From: Octopus sinensis | Lineage: Eukaryota | Assembly: GCF_006345805.1 (NCBI RefSeq) | Contig: NC_043007.1 | Coordinates: 10,788,001-10,852,000, forward strand | Reading direction: 5' to 3' | DNA length: 64,000 bases | In this document: positions 34,219-48,249 of the stretch, piece by piece | Layout of the letters: each line of letters starts with the position of its first letter | Numbering within the stretch: position 1 is the stretch's first letter | The notes under the pieces: model-generated | What the model saw: only the letters and a program-made list of their open reading frames with translations | The model's database searches: none | Told to the model about the DNA's origin: nothing | Made by a program: the position numbers and the translations under genes

Positions 34219-34419
34219 TGAGACAGAACAACTAACATGCATAAATACACATTTAAAACATACATATAGTTTCAAATTTTGCCACAAGGGCAGCAGTTTT
34301 TTTGGGAGGAGATGAGTCGATTACATCGACCCCCCCCCCAGTGTTCAACTAGTACTTGTTTTATCGATACCTAAAGGAAGAAAGACAAGGTCGTCCTCAA
34401 CGGATCAGACATTCTTTTA

Positions 34420-35265
34420 TTCTTTTATTTGTTTCGGTAATCTTGACTGCGGTCATGCTGGAGCCCCCCCCCCTTTAGTCGAACAAATCGTCCCGAGGAC
34501 TTATTGTTTGTAAGCCTAGTACTTATTCTATCGGATTCTTTTGCCGAATCGCTAAGTTACGGGGACGACAACACATCAACATCGGTTGTCAAGCGATGGT
34601 TGGGGGACAAACACAAACACACAAACACACACAAATACACACACATACACACACATACACACACATACACACACACATATATATATGACGGGCTTGTTTC
34701 AGATTCCCTCTACCAAATCCACTCGCAAGGCTTTGGTTGGTCCGAGAGAGGACACTTGCCCAAGGTGCCACGCAGTGGGACTGAACCAGGAACCATGTTG
34801 TTGGTAAGCAAGCTACTTACCACACATCCACTCATGTACATATATATACATATATTCTTTTCTACTCTATGCACAAAACCCGAAATTTTGTGGGGGGAGG
34901 AGGCCAGTCGATTAGATCGACTCTAGTACGCAACTGGTATTTAATTTATCGACCCCGAAAGGATGAAAGGCAAACTCGACCTCGGTGGAATTTGAACTCA
35001 GAACGTAAAGACAGACAAAATACCGCTAAACATTTTGTCCGGCGTGCTAACGTTTCTTATTTCTTTACTGTCCCCTAGGGGCTACACACAGAGGGGACAA
35101 ACAAGGACAGACAAACGAATAAGTCGATTATATCGACCCCTGTGCATAACTGGTGCTTATTCAATCAACCCCGAAAGAATCAAAGGCAGTCGACCTCGGC
35201 GGAATTTGAACTTAGAACGTAACGGCATTTCGTCCGGTGCGTTAACGTTTCTGCCAGCTCGCCGC
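34420..35265 (-). mobile_element. SINE cluster: family A followed by a family C heterodimer
   Basis: A at about 34420-34830; C units at about 34880-35265 joined at AACGTTTC|TTATTTC. Confidence 0.8.
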
Positions 35266-35360
35266 CTTCATATATACATATATTAGCGTGCATGTTTGTG
35301 TATATATGCATGTACGTATGTATGTACGTATGTACGTGTGTGTGTGTGTGTGTATGTATG

Positions 35361-35391
<31 letters not shown>

Positions 35392-35482
35392 TGTGTGTGT
35401 GTGTGTGCGTTTGTAACGTACGTAACAAGGTAAATTTAATTATTTCTCGGTAGAATGAAAAAGAAAAAGTTATGAAAATTCT

Positions 35483-35520
35483 AAATCGATTTTCGGAACT
35501 TATTGAATTCTCATCAGATG
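35483..35520 (-). ncRNA. Degenerate hammerhead-like motif
   Basis: Minus strand: CTGATGA-GAAT-TCAATAA-GTTC-C-GAAA-ATCGATT; stem I does not form. Confidence 0.3.
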
Positions 35521-36383
35521 TTGTTTACATCGCTTGAACCAGTAGCCGAGCTTACATTATCATTTTATTTTGGTCACTTTTTGAGATAAAGCCATTTAAA
35601 TAACAGTGTTGTATTTCGGAATGGTCATTTTGCTAGTTTAGCCAATAAAAACACACGCACTATATATTTGGTGTTACTTTGCTTCAGTGTTATTTATTTT
35701 TTACATTAATCTTAATCTTATTTCGGCCAGTGTTCTTTCGTATATATATATATATAGTTAAACTGGCAAAATGACCATTTTGAAATACAACAATATCTGT
35801 TTCAACACACGACTTCACATAAAAAATCTTGCACAACAAATATATAAACATTTAAATAACAATAACTGGTTGATAACATTAAGCGGAAGATGTAACAATA
35901 ACCACAACGTGTTTCTTGAGACCCACTAGTTTTGATAAAAATGACTATGTGATTTTGTTTTTGGATTTGATGTGATCTATGATAGTAATAAGCAGTGTCA
36001 ACTGTGAGCTCAACCGTACATGTGTTTACACACATATATATATAACTGACCTTCCGTCAATTACGACGATTGAATTTCCAATAGATCCGATCAACTGAAC
36101 AGCTTGCTCGTGAAATAAACGTGCAAGTGGCTGAGTACTTCACAGACCCCCAGTACTCTGAATGTAGTCCTCAGGGAGATTCAGCACAGCACAAAATCTG
36201 ACAAGGCTAGCCATTTGAAATAAAGGTTAAAAAAAAAAAAAAAAACTAATTTTTGCCTGCTGAATGGACTGCAACGAAGTATTTTGTTGAAGGACAAAAC
36301 GCGTCGCTAGGAATCACACTCACGTTCCCACGATCTTGAATCAAATACCCCTAACCACTTAGCCACGCGTCTTTATGCACACG

Positions 36384-36422
<39 letters not shown>

Positions 36423-36427
36423 CACGA

Positions 36428-36461
<34 letters not shown>

Positions 36462-36690
36462 ACATACACACACACACACACACACACGTACATACACACA
36501 CACACACACACACACACACGTACATACACACACACACACACACACACACGTACATACACAACACACACCACACACACACACACGCACACACACACACCAC
36601 ACGTACACACAACACACACCGTACAACACACACACACCACACAACGTACATACACACACAACACACACACACACACACACACACACCACA

Positions 36691-36723
<33 letters not shown>

Positions 36724-36850
36724 CATATAATCTTTTTCAGTCATTAGGCTGCGGTTATGCTGGGGACATTGCCTCGAAGGATATTTAATCGAATGAATCG
36801 ACCCCAATACCTATTTGTTTTTTTTTTCTAAGCCTGGTACTTATTCTATC

Positions 36851-36950
36851 NNNNNNNNNNNNNNNNNNNNNNNNNNNNNNNNNNNNNNNNNNNNNNNNNN
36901 NNNNNNNNNNNNNNNNNNNNNNNNNNNNNNNNNNNNNNNNNNNNNNNNNN
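36851..36950. other. Assembly gap (100 N)
   Basis: Run of N, interrupting a SINE A and (CA)n region. Confidence 1.
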
Positions 36951-37162
36951 ACTCTTATCAGTTAGCTTGCCATACATTTTACTCATGTATCTATCAGCGT
37001 GATAGACAGAAACAAATATTACATCTAGTTTCACTTTATTCGTTGCACACTGTGTGTGTGCGTTTGCGTGTGCTGTAAACCAGACTAAGAAAAGCATTTG
37101 ACATACACACCAGAATGTGAGTTTTCTGTAAATTTTGCTTAATTGGAGTTTAAATTTTAAAA

Positions 37163-37295
37163 ACTGGACCTGGCATGACCCGATGCATTCTACTCTTAAA
37201 AATGCTAGGTAAATTGTAATTGAAGAAATCCTATATTGTAGATTTCTATAAGTTACAAAGGGAGGCAGATAAAATCTGCCTTTTATAATAAGAGA
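37163..37295 (-). mobile_element. Short Helitron/Helentron-like remnant
   Basis: Minus strand starts TCTCTTATTATAAAAGG; perfect hairpin AGGCAGAT-AAA-ATCTGCCT at 37263-37281; ends in CAGT. Superfamily assigned from terminal resemblance only. Confidence 0.4.
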
Positions 37296-37768
37296 TATAT
37301 TATATATGTATATATCATATATGTATCTGTGTATGTGTGTGTGCGTGTATGCTTAATGATAAGATTCAAGGATCTAAATTTAGGAAGCTTGTAAGATCCG
37401 AGCAGTCCGTGGTCGGTATAATAAAAATGTTCAGGAAAAATAATTTATTGCAGTCGAAGGTTGTTGGCTTTTCCCATATCGAAGTTCGCTAACCTGAAAA
37501 AGGTTTAAAACTATATCATCGACGAGTTAACTTGGGATCCCTTAACGACAATGTCACCTAAATATAATTACTATAACTTCGGCCTTATTAGTAGCTGGGT
37601 GAGTACCCTTCCTTTAGTAATTATTACATCAGAGGATCTGCTAGCTACGAAACATATGTAGGCTAGATTTTACCTGTCCCAATCTCTCAATTTGAAGTTT
37701 ATATATATGTATGTGTGAGTGTGTGTGTGTATATATATTATAAATATGTGTGTATGTATATATGTATA

Positions 37769-37813
<45 letters not shown>

Positions 37814-37853
37814 GTATACGTGTATGTGAGTGTGTATGTTTGTATGTATACAT

Positions 37854-37912
<59 letters not shown>

Positions 37913-38099
37913 GATGAATATAATGTATGTATTTTATAGAATCTAAAATATGAAAGAGCAGTGTCCTTGACCTTCTTGCAGAGCCCTCTAAGACAGGTGA
38001 GATAAGAATAGAAGGAAATATAATCCTTAGGTCCACTCAGATCAGTGTCCTCCTCCGAATTCTTGCAACAGAACGCAATCTTCGAAATATATCCAGGTA

Positions 38100-38327
38100 C
38101 TCTTATTTCTTTATTGCCCACAAGGGGCTAAACATAGAAGAGACAAACAAGGACAGACAAACGGATTAAGTCGATTATATCGGCCTCAGTGCGTAAACGG
38201 TACTTTATTTATCGACCCCGAAAGGATGAAAGGCAAAGTTGACCTCGGCGGAATTTGAACTCAGAACGTAGCGGCAGACGAAAAGCATTTCGCCCGACGT
38301 TCTAACGTTTCTGCCAGCTGGCCGCCT
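38100..38327 (-). mobile_element. SINE family C monomer, 10-bp TSD
   Basis: TSD TATCCAGGTA at 38090-38099 and 38328-38337. Confidence 0.9.
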
Positions 38328-38899
38328 TATCCAGGTATCCAGTTACTCTGGCACCCGAAAGACATGACGGTTATACTTATATCGAGTCCATCACACAAAA
38401 GCTGGGAAAATCCAGCTAACGAGTTATCCTACTCACGTGGCACGATTTGTTGCGGTGTTATAGGAGGGAGGCTCTTGTCCATGGTATTGTTAAGTGGAAT
38501 GGAATCCGGAACCCGCGAAAATGTTATTGGTGAAGCTAGCTTGTTAGCCATATTGCAAACGCTTAAATCCGAATACGCCGATTGGACAAATTGTATCCAT
38601 CTATCCGGGTTCATGAATAGAAACAAATAATAATCCCTCTCCCTATTACCTCTGTCTCACTCCCCCTCCTTCGTTTCTGACCTTCTGTCTTTTTTTAATA
38701 TCAGTTCTCTCCTTATGCTGAACATCTGTCTTTCCTCTTCCCCCTATCCCCGTTTCTCTTGTGTTTTTTAAGGACTTTCGGAAAGTCGCTCTCGAAATGT
38801 ATTGTTTACAATTATATCAAATAAAAATGCCTCTTTGCCGGGAGACGAAACCACACATTAACACGCACACACACACACGAACACACGCACACTCACACG

Positions 38900-38959
<60 letters not shown>

Positions 38960-39274
38960 TACACACGCACACACGCACACACAAATACACACAAGCACAT
39001 AAATACAAATACGTATGTATATGTATGTATGCATACATGAAAGGATGTATATATACATACACACACATATATACATATGTGTGTGTGTGTGTGTGTGTAT
39101 ATGTATATGTATATAAAATACAGTGTACATTTAAACACATTAAGAGTATTTTATATGAATAATATATAGTCTATTGACAAATTTTTCTATACACTAGGCC
39201 AATGGTAGTAAACATTTCTAAAATCTTTATTATCCTGATATTATTAATTATATATATATATATATTTATATATA

Positions 39275-39654
39275 CACTTGCGTCAGAAATTAATTAGCAC
39301 TTCTCAAATTTCTACATTAAATAGGTTAAATCAATTAACCTATGAGCTGTTCAAAACGTCTTACGCGATGAGAAAACTTAGTATGGTGTGATTTCGGTCC
39401 TTGCGAGGCGCTACCTATATCTATTAAACAAAGGAAGATTTGTCTGCATCCGCACTCCAAGTTGTTGTTGCACTGCTATGTCAACATCATAAGGCTGTAG
39501 ACTCTCAAACTGCTCTGCAAACAAAGTTACGTCATCGTTCTGCGCAACAGTGAACTCGCAACAAAGCAATAGTTCGATATATGGCCACTAGGTGACAGCA
39601 CATACCTTGAATGAAGAGCAAATCAAGGGTGCTAATTAATTTCTGACGGTAGTG
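39275..39654. mobile_element. Tc1/mariner-type MITE, 380 bp
   Basis: 26-bp TIRs CACTTGCGTCAGAAATTAATTAGCAC / GTGCTAATTAATTTCTGACGGTAGTG (24/26 match), flanked by TA. Confidence 0.9.
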
Positions 39655-39729
39655 TATATATAAATTTATGCCTATGAATATGTAAGTTCATCTGTGCATG
39701 TATCTACGTACTTACACACACGTGTACAT

Positions 39730-39900
39730 ACACAAGGGGTGCTAAAAATTTCTGGTTTTGGGTAAAAGAAAATACAGGAGGATCAATTGATTATGAGTTC
39801 CTTCAGCATCTCTCAGATTCACACACTTATTGCAGCTGTCCTTTCCCTTTTTCTAATTCCCGTAAAAGAACTCGGGAGTTTGGACCGCCAACCGGGCCCT
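39730..39900 (+). mobile_element. mariner-like terminal remnant
   Basis: TACACAAGGGGTGCTAAAAATTTCTGG resembles mariner TIRs; no partner TIR seen. Confidence 0.45.
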
Positions 39901-39932
39901 TTTTAGTTACCCTTTATATATATGTATATATG

Positions 39933-40016
<84 letters not shown>

Positions 40017-40440
40017 GCCCAAAGTTTTGTTATATATATATGTAAGTATGTATATTTGAAAATATATGAAACATAAATAGAATCCTGCTTCTGCAAATGC
40101 CGGATTTCAATTTCATCTCTTCGGCCCAGAATCTTGTTAGTGCTGTTGACCCGAAATATGAAACGATAAAAATACTAAGTCGATAGTCGATAATCGACAC
40201 GAAATACTTAAAACAGTCTTAGATGGAATGTTATCATGAGTACTTCAGCGTTCAAAAAATATGACAGGAAAAATTAGCATGCGGTTTCAAACACCACAGA
40301 AGGAGATTTCTCAGTTCCTTTCCGGTTTCAAATTTAAATTTGTCTATGTTGATTTCAAACTCTTGCACAAAGCCAGCAATTTCGGGCTGGGTGGAGGATA
40401 AGTCAATCACAATGTTCGATTGGTACTTATTTTATCGTCT

Positions 40441-40826
40441 TTGTGGAGGCGCAATGGCCCAGTGGTTAGGGCAGCGGACTCGCAGTCATAGGATCGTGGT
40501 TTCGATTCCCAGACCGGGTGTTGTGAGTGTTTATTGAGCGAAAACACCTAAAGCTCCACGAGGCTCCGGCAGGGAATGGTGGTGATCCCTGCTGAACTCT
40601 TTCACCACAACTTTCTCTCACTCTTACTTCCTGTTTCTGTTGTACCTGTATTTCAAAGGGCCGGCCTTGTCACTCTCTGTGTCACGCTGAATATCCCCGA
40701 GAACTACGTTAAGGGTACACGTGTTTGTGGAGTGCTCAGCTACTTACACGTTAATTTCACGAGCAGGCTGTTCCGTTGATTTGGATCAACCGGAACCCTC
40801 ATCGTCGTAACCGACGGAGTGCTTCC
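40441..40826 (+). mobile_element. SINE family B nested in an older family C copy, 12-bp TSD
   Basis: TSD ATTTTATCGTCT at 40429-40440 and 40827-40838; host SINE continues on both sides (about 40350-40940). Confidence 0.92.
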
Positions 40827-41274
40827 ATTTTATCGTCTCCCGAAAGGATGAAAGGCACAGTCAGCCTCGGCGGAATTTGAACTCGGAGCGTAAAAACGGA
40901 CGAATACCCGGTGTGCTAATGATCCTGCCGGCTTGACGCCTTAATAAATTTGAAAATACAATATTCGAAAGTGAATATTGGTTCTACATTTTGGCAGACG
41001 GTCAGCTATTTTGCCGGAGGAATTTGAACTGAGAAAGTAAGAGCGGACGAAATGCCGCTAAACATTTTAGTTCGGCGTATTAGCTGTTCTGCCAACTTGC
41101 CAGTGCATTATTTGTATCTGTAACAAAACCAGGGTAACTGTGTTTCAGAAGGTGAGAGTCCTGGGAAGGAGAGCAATGAATACGAAGAAAAACTCTAGCC
41201 AGACCTTTGCCGAAACCCTTCAAGTCAGACACTTTTCAGCACCCACACGTATCCTTCTCCTCTCTTTTTTTTTT

Positions 41275-41694
41275 TACTCTTTTTACACTTTTACTTGTTT
41301 CAGTCATTTGACTGCGGCCATGCTGGAGCACCGCTTTTAGTCGAGCAAATCGACCCCGGGACTTATTCTTTGTAAGCCCAGTACTTATTCTATCAGACTC
41401 TTTTGTCGAACCGCTAAGTGACGGGGGACGTAAACACACCAGCATCGGTTGTCAAGCAATGCTAGGGGGACAAACACAGACACGCAAACGTATACACACA
41501 CACTTATATATATATATATATACATATATACGACAGGCTTCTTTCAGTTTCCGTCTACCAAATCCACTCACAAGGCATTGGTCGGTCCGGGGCTATAGCA
41601 GGAGACACTTGCCCAAGATGCCACGCAGTGGGACTGAACCCAAAACCATGTAGTTGGTTAGCAAGCTACTTACCAGACAGCCACTCCTGCGCCT
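41275..41694 (-). mobile_element. SINE family A, full length
   Basis: Complete head to (TCTTTTAC)n tail. Confidence 0.9.
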
Positions 41695-41997
41695 CTCCTC
41701 TCTCTCTCTCTCTCTCTCCTGAGGAAAATTGCCCTACTTAAACTTGAAGAGGGTTGCTTGGCTTCCACACGTTTAAAATGCGCAAGACATGAACGTTTGT
41801 AAGACGGGGTTTCTCCGACTCCAACAGCAAAGGACCGACTCGTGTTTGATAAGACGTTTTGAAGCAAACAGTATAAGAAACCGATTCATGGAAATTATTG
41901 TATATGCATGTGTGTGTGAGAGAAAGAGAGAAAGGATTGAGAGTGAGGGAAAGAGACAGAGATTGAAAGAGGGAGAGAGAGAGTGTGTGTGTGTGTA

Positions 41998-42040
<43 letters not shown>

Positions 42041-42235
42041 GTGCGTGTGTGATGACTGTGTATTTCTATGTTTTATTCCATTTTACAACGCGAGAGCGTT
42101 CCTTGGAAAAGCACGTGTTTTAGTATCATCCTTCGCTTACACACACTAACTCATACTTGCTCATACACATACACAGGATACACAGTTACATATATGTGTT
42201 TTGCGGTTATGTATGTATGAGTGTGCTTGTATACA

Positions 42236-42296
<61 letters not shown>

Positions 42297-42301
42297 CTCT
42301 A

Positions 42302-42396
<95 letters not shown>

Positions 42397-42433
42397 TGTG
42401 TATATGTGTGTATACATACATGCATATATATAT

Positions 42434-42481
<48 letters not shown>

Positions 42482-43275
42482 ATATATATATATATGTATA
42501 TATACAGATATAAATTATTAATTAGCTACAATGCACTTAAAATTTGTTCACAGAAAGCGGAAAATATTATTAAGCGTCGAGCGTGCATCATTGGGACGTT
42601 ATTTCCTAATAATCGCTTTGGTGCATGACACCAATTATACAGAAATGGTTAATATATTTACCATGGGTCCTTCCCTTTCTGTTTCATGGTGAACTCGTGA
42701 CTCAGTAATTATCCGCAATGACCTATGAATTTTTTTGCATGCGTTCTGCTGTTGGCGGGAAAAATTTAGTGTTGCGCGCATCACTACACAGTGTTATTCT
42801 AGTGACAATAGCGCAGTTTTGAACTTGAAAGGGCCAATTATGTTTCTGTATTTATTGCGTTAACCAGGATCATGTTTGTTGTGGATGGTTTCGCATGCGG
42901 GACTGTATCTAATCTGTATAAATTTTTGCCGCTTCATCAATAAAACTTCGAAAATCAGGGTGCAGCGTTTTGGACAGTGACGATCCGGTTCGACTGACTG
43001 GACATTCAGACTGCTTTAGCGACAGTACTTTTTGGCACTGGAGGCAAACAGACAAACACACGCCACACAGATGTGTGCATAGAAATATGCACATATAAAT
43101 AGATTCAAACAGAGAGAAAGAGTGAGTTAGTGAGTGAGTGAGTGAGTGAGAGACAGAGTGAGTGGGTGAGAGAAAGCGAAAGTGGGGGCAAATATTACGC
43201 ATACAAACATAACGTGACGCTTACGCATATAAACAGAGAGACATTCGAGATTCAAGGAGAAAAAGGCACTACAAC

Positions 43276-43754
43276 TATTATTACCCGTCTGATAAGGGTA
43301 CACTAGGCACATGCATCACAACCATACGTGCGCGACATAGTGATCTCATATCAAGATAAACAGTACATGACCTTGCAGATGTGGGCCCAGTTAGAATTTT
43401 CTTCTGGTCGAGTAACCCATCCCGCTCAAAAGGTCCCTGAATAAGAGTTGTTTAAGGATGTTGAACGAAACACCCATGTTTCAAGAGGTGAAGTATCCAT
43501 ACCTCAAATAATTCCTCTCAACACATGGCTATTTGCTCCCTACTACTTCTGCTCGTGATCTGAGATGCACATATCGTCAGCCACTAAGGGACATGCTCGA
43601 CTGGTTATGGACAAGCAAATCTGTGGTATTGAGCAGAATATTTGCTGTAGCCCATCTTTTATACCAAGTCAAAACAATGTACATGATAACACTTCCAATC
43701 AGTTAAGATCAGAAGGCATGAGAGCCATTGCCTGGTACTGCATCAGGGCATTTA
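43276..43754 (-). mobile_element. Non-coding interspersed element abutting a (TAA)n array
   Basis: Minus strand starts TAAATGCCCTGATGCAGTAC directly after (TAA)n; a 19/20 stub of the same start lies at 45611-45630. Class is inferred. Confidence 0.5.
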
Positions 43755-43820
<66 letters not shown>

Positions 43821-44000
43821 CATTATATTATTATTATTTTATTATTATTATTATTATTATTATATCATTATTATATTATTATTATTATATTATATTATTA
43901 TTATTATTATTATCATTTGGCGGAATATGAAAATTTGAAACATTCCAGATAGAAGTAGTTAACTGTCCCAAAAGACCAACGCGGCGGGAAAGGGTTTTGT

Positions 44001-44043
<43 letters not shown>

Positions 44044-44640
44044 TGTGTGTGTGTGTGCGTGCGTGCGTGCGTATGTGAGTGTGAGAAAGCGAAAGGACGA
44101 GAGGGATCCCGCGCGTGACAGTGTGTGAGAGAGAGAGGGAGAGAGAGAGGGGGGAGAGAGGGGGAGAGAGAGATGGGAAGAGAGAGAGGAAGAAAATGAG
44201 AGGTTTGTAGTTGTGTTTGTTTAAATGTATATATATATCCGTATGCAAATACAACTTCATTCAGGATGCGATTTTCTTTTTCATTCTGCTGCACGCCTGC
44301 TTTCGCAGATAATTCTTCAAGCTTCCGGCTGCTACTTGGTCTGACCGCACAATGTTGTTGGCCGACACATATTCTAACACGGACACGGAACTTCGAGTTG
44401 GTCTCATGACTCCAAGCTGGTGTCCAATAACAACACCACATTATCATTTTTCAATGACGGGAACAATAGCAGCAGCAGCAGCAGGCTCCGCCAGAAATAT
44501 TAACTAAATTTACATTAGATCTTCCGAACTATCTGGAAAAAGAAATAGAAGGAAAAACTTTTCCTGAAAATAAGATGTAGTTATGGCTTCCAACCCTTTC
44601 ATCGTACAGTTACTAAACCAGGACTGAACTACGGCTGAAC

Positions 44641-44731
<91 letters not shown>

Positions 44732-45067
44732 TTAATAATAATAATAATAAAAATAATATTATCATTATTATTATTATTATTATTATTAATAATAATAATT
44801 ATAACAATAATAATAACAACAACAACAACAACAATAATAATAAGGGTTTCAAATTTTGCCACCAAGGGTCGCCATTATTAGGGAAGGGTTTAAGTCGATT
44901 ACATCGACCCCAGTGTACATCTGGTACTTATTTTATCAACCCCGAAATGATGAAAGTCAAAGTCGACTTAGGCGCAATTTGAACTCAGAACGTACCGGCA
45001 AACGAAATTACACTAAGCACTTCGCCCGGCGTGCTAACGTTTCTGCCAGCTCACAGCCTCAATAATG

Positions 45068-45137
<70 letters not shown>

Positions 45138-45158
45138 CAATAATAATGAGCTCGCCAA

Positions 45159-45586
45159 TAGGCGCAGGAGTGGCTATGTGGTAAGTAGCTTGCTTACCAA
45201 CCACATGGTCCCGGGTTCAGTCCCACTGCATGGCACCTTGGGCATGTGTCTTCTACTATAGCCTCGGGCCGACCAAAGCCTTGTGAGTGGATTTTGTAGA
45301 CGAAAACTGAAAGAAGCCCGTCGTATATATGTATATATATACGTGTGTATGTGTGTGTATATGTCTGTGTGTCTGTGTTTGTCCCCCCGACCAACATCGC
45401 TTGACAACCGATGCTGGTGTGTTTACGTCCCCGTAACTTAGCGGTTCGGCAAAAGAGACCGATGGAATAAGTACTAGGCTTACAAAGAATAAGTCCTGGG
45501 GTCGATTTTCTCGACTAAAAGGCGGTGCTCCAGCATGGCCGCAGTCAAATGCCTGAAACAAGTAAAAGAGTAAAGAGTAAGAGTAA
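45159..45586 (+). mobile_element. SINE family A, best-preserved copy
   Basis: tRNA-like head (TGGCTATGTGG, GGTTCAGTCC), central domain, microsatellite, tail GGCGGTGCTCCAGCATGGCCGCAG...(AAGAGT)n. Confidence 0.92.
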
Positions 45587-45740
45587 TGATGATGATGATG
45601 ATGATGATGATAAATGCCCTGGTGCAGTACTAATAAGTGGCTAAAGATTCTGCTAGTTCGCCGTTTAACAATTTATCGATAAAGATTAATAAGTTTATAT
45701 TTTTTTACAAAGAAAGAATGCTCTGCCCACTTGATATTAG

Positions 45741-46173
45741 TTTCAAATTTTAGTACAAGGCCAGCAATTTCGGGAGAGAGGGTGGATCTATTACGTCGAC
45801 TCCAGTGTTCAACTGATACTTATTTTATCGATAGCGAAAGAATGAAACGGAAAGCCGACCTTGGCGGAATTTGAACTCATAACGTAAAGACTGAGAAAAT
45901 ACCTATTTCTTTATTACCCACAAGGGGCTAAACACAGAGGGGGCAAACAAGGACAGATATAGGTATTAAGTCGATTACATCGACCCCAGTGCGTAACTGG
46001 TACTTAATTTATCGACCCCGAAAGGATGAAAGGCAAAGTCGACCTCGGCGGAATTTGAACTCACAACGTAACGCAGACGAAATACCGCTAAGCACTTCGT
46101 CCGGCGTGCTAACGTTTCTGCCAGCTCGCCGCATTTTGCCCGACGTGTTAACGACCCAGTTAGCTCGCCGCCT
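45741..46173 (-). mobile_element. Full-length young SINE C inserted into the head of an older SINE C
   Basis: Old body to about 45898, young copy about 45899-46130, remainder of old head 46131-46173. Confidence 0.8.
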
Positions 46174-46527
46174 TCACATCCGTTCTGACAATAATAATAA
46201 CACAACAACAACAACAACAACAACAACACTGCAGTGGAAGCAACAACAACAACAACAACAGCAACCAGAAATACTCACGCATATCATATGATCATTTCAA
46301 TCGGTTCATGTTTGGTGTTATTGTACACTACATTGTAACTATTTTATATAATGACCTACATAGCACATGATTATTAATAATGTTTTCGAATTCTGGCACG
46401 AGGCCAGCAATTTGAGGTTTGTTGGGTAAGTAACATCGAACCCAGTGCTTGACTGGTATTTATTTGATCGATCCCGAAATATTCAAAGTCCGAGATTTTT
46501 TTTTTCATCTCAGGAAGTAATAAGATG

Positions 46528-46767
46528 AAGAAATACCTATTTCTTTACTAACCACAAGGGGCTAAACACAGAGAGGACAAACAAGGACAGACAAACGGAT
46601 TAAGTCGATTACATCGACCCCAGTGCGTAACTGGTACTTAATTTATCGACCCCGAAAGGATGAAAGGCAAAGCTGACCTCGGCGGAATTTGAACTCAGAA
46701 CGTAACGGCTGACGAAATACGGCTACGCATTTCGCCCGGCGTGCTAACGATTCTGCCAGCTCACCGC
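46528..46767 (-). mobile_element. SINE family C monomer
   Basis: GAAATACCTATTTC tail to CCAGCTCACC head. Confidence 0.88.
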
Positions 46768-46810
46768 TGGTATTAAGAAATACCGTTAAGCTTTTTGTCC
46801 GACGCACATA

Positions 46811-46858
<48 letters not shown>

Positions 46859-47635
46859 AACACATTCAGAAGGACACATACACAAACACACACAAACACA
46901 CTCAAACGCACACATACACAAACATCCATCTTCACACTCACACACAAACACACACTCGCATTCACAAACACATACATACGTAATCACACACACACAAACA
47001 TAAACACACAAACACACATAGTCAAAGACACGCGCACAAATACACACACACAAACACAGATACACAAACACACATGCGCAAAACGCTCACACACAAACCC
47101 ACAAACACAAGCCCACAACCTCAAACATTACTCACACGCAAACACACATACACAAACACACATGCAGAAAAAACTTACACACAAACATACAACACACACA
47201 CACATGCTCAAATAAACACACATATACTCAAACATATATACATATAATTAAAAATATTATTTCAACCTCGACAGGATTTGAACTCAGAACCTAGGGGAAA
47301 GCAAGGCGTTTTGTCAGACAGTTTAGCTCATCAAAGCCAGGGCTTTTCTTATTCATAAAATATAGGATTGTGGTACGAAGAGGAAATAGTTGAATTATTG
47401 TTCTCAATGTTGATCTGTGTCCATAGAAAGGGGACATAACTGGTGCTGGAAAACTTTACTTAACTCTTAACATTTAACCTAAGCACTTGTGATATCTTTA
47501 AGTAGGAAGTCTTCACAATTTTGGCGGGAAACGCTTCTGTTCGTAGTCGAGTGCGGGGAGGGCACCGCAGGTGTATATGCACATGCACACACACCACACA
47601 CACACACACACACACAACATATATATATATATGTA

Positions 47636-47674
<39 letters not shown>

Positions 47675-47798
47675 ATATATACATATATATACATACATAC
47701 ATATACACATATATGTGTATATATACACATGTATGCATATCTATACACCCACACAACACAACATATATACATACGCATATATATTCTCTCTCTCTATG

Positions 47799-47841
<43 letters not shown>

Positions 47842-47955
47842 CAACATATATATATACACACATACACACATATACAACACACAGAAACATAAACATATAC
47901 ATATATATATATATGTTTATGTTTATATATATATATGTGTGTATATATATATGTG

Positions 47956-48008
<53 letters not shown>

Positions 48009-48109
48009 CACATATATATATACACACACACACTATACAAACACGCAGAAACATAAACATATACATATATATATATATGTTTATGTTATATATCTATATG
48101 TGTGTATAA

Positions 48110-48157
<48 letters not shown>

Positions 48158-48189
48158 TCATACAAACATACATATATATATACATACAA

Positions 48190-48249
<60 letters not shown>

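Noticed and set aside
37350-37620. Exon-like segment ending TGG|GTGAGT
   Set aside because: The open frame begins right after a stop with no acceptor; no recognisable protein.
44260-44500. Exon-like segment after TTTCGCAG and ORF 43959-44447
   Set aside because: Stops in all plus frames, no donor site and no homology recognised.
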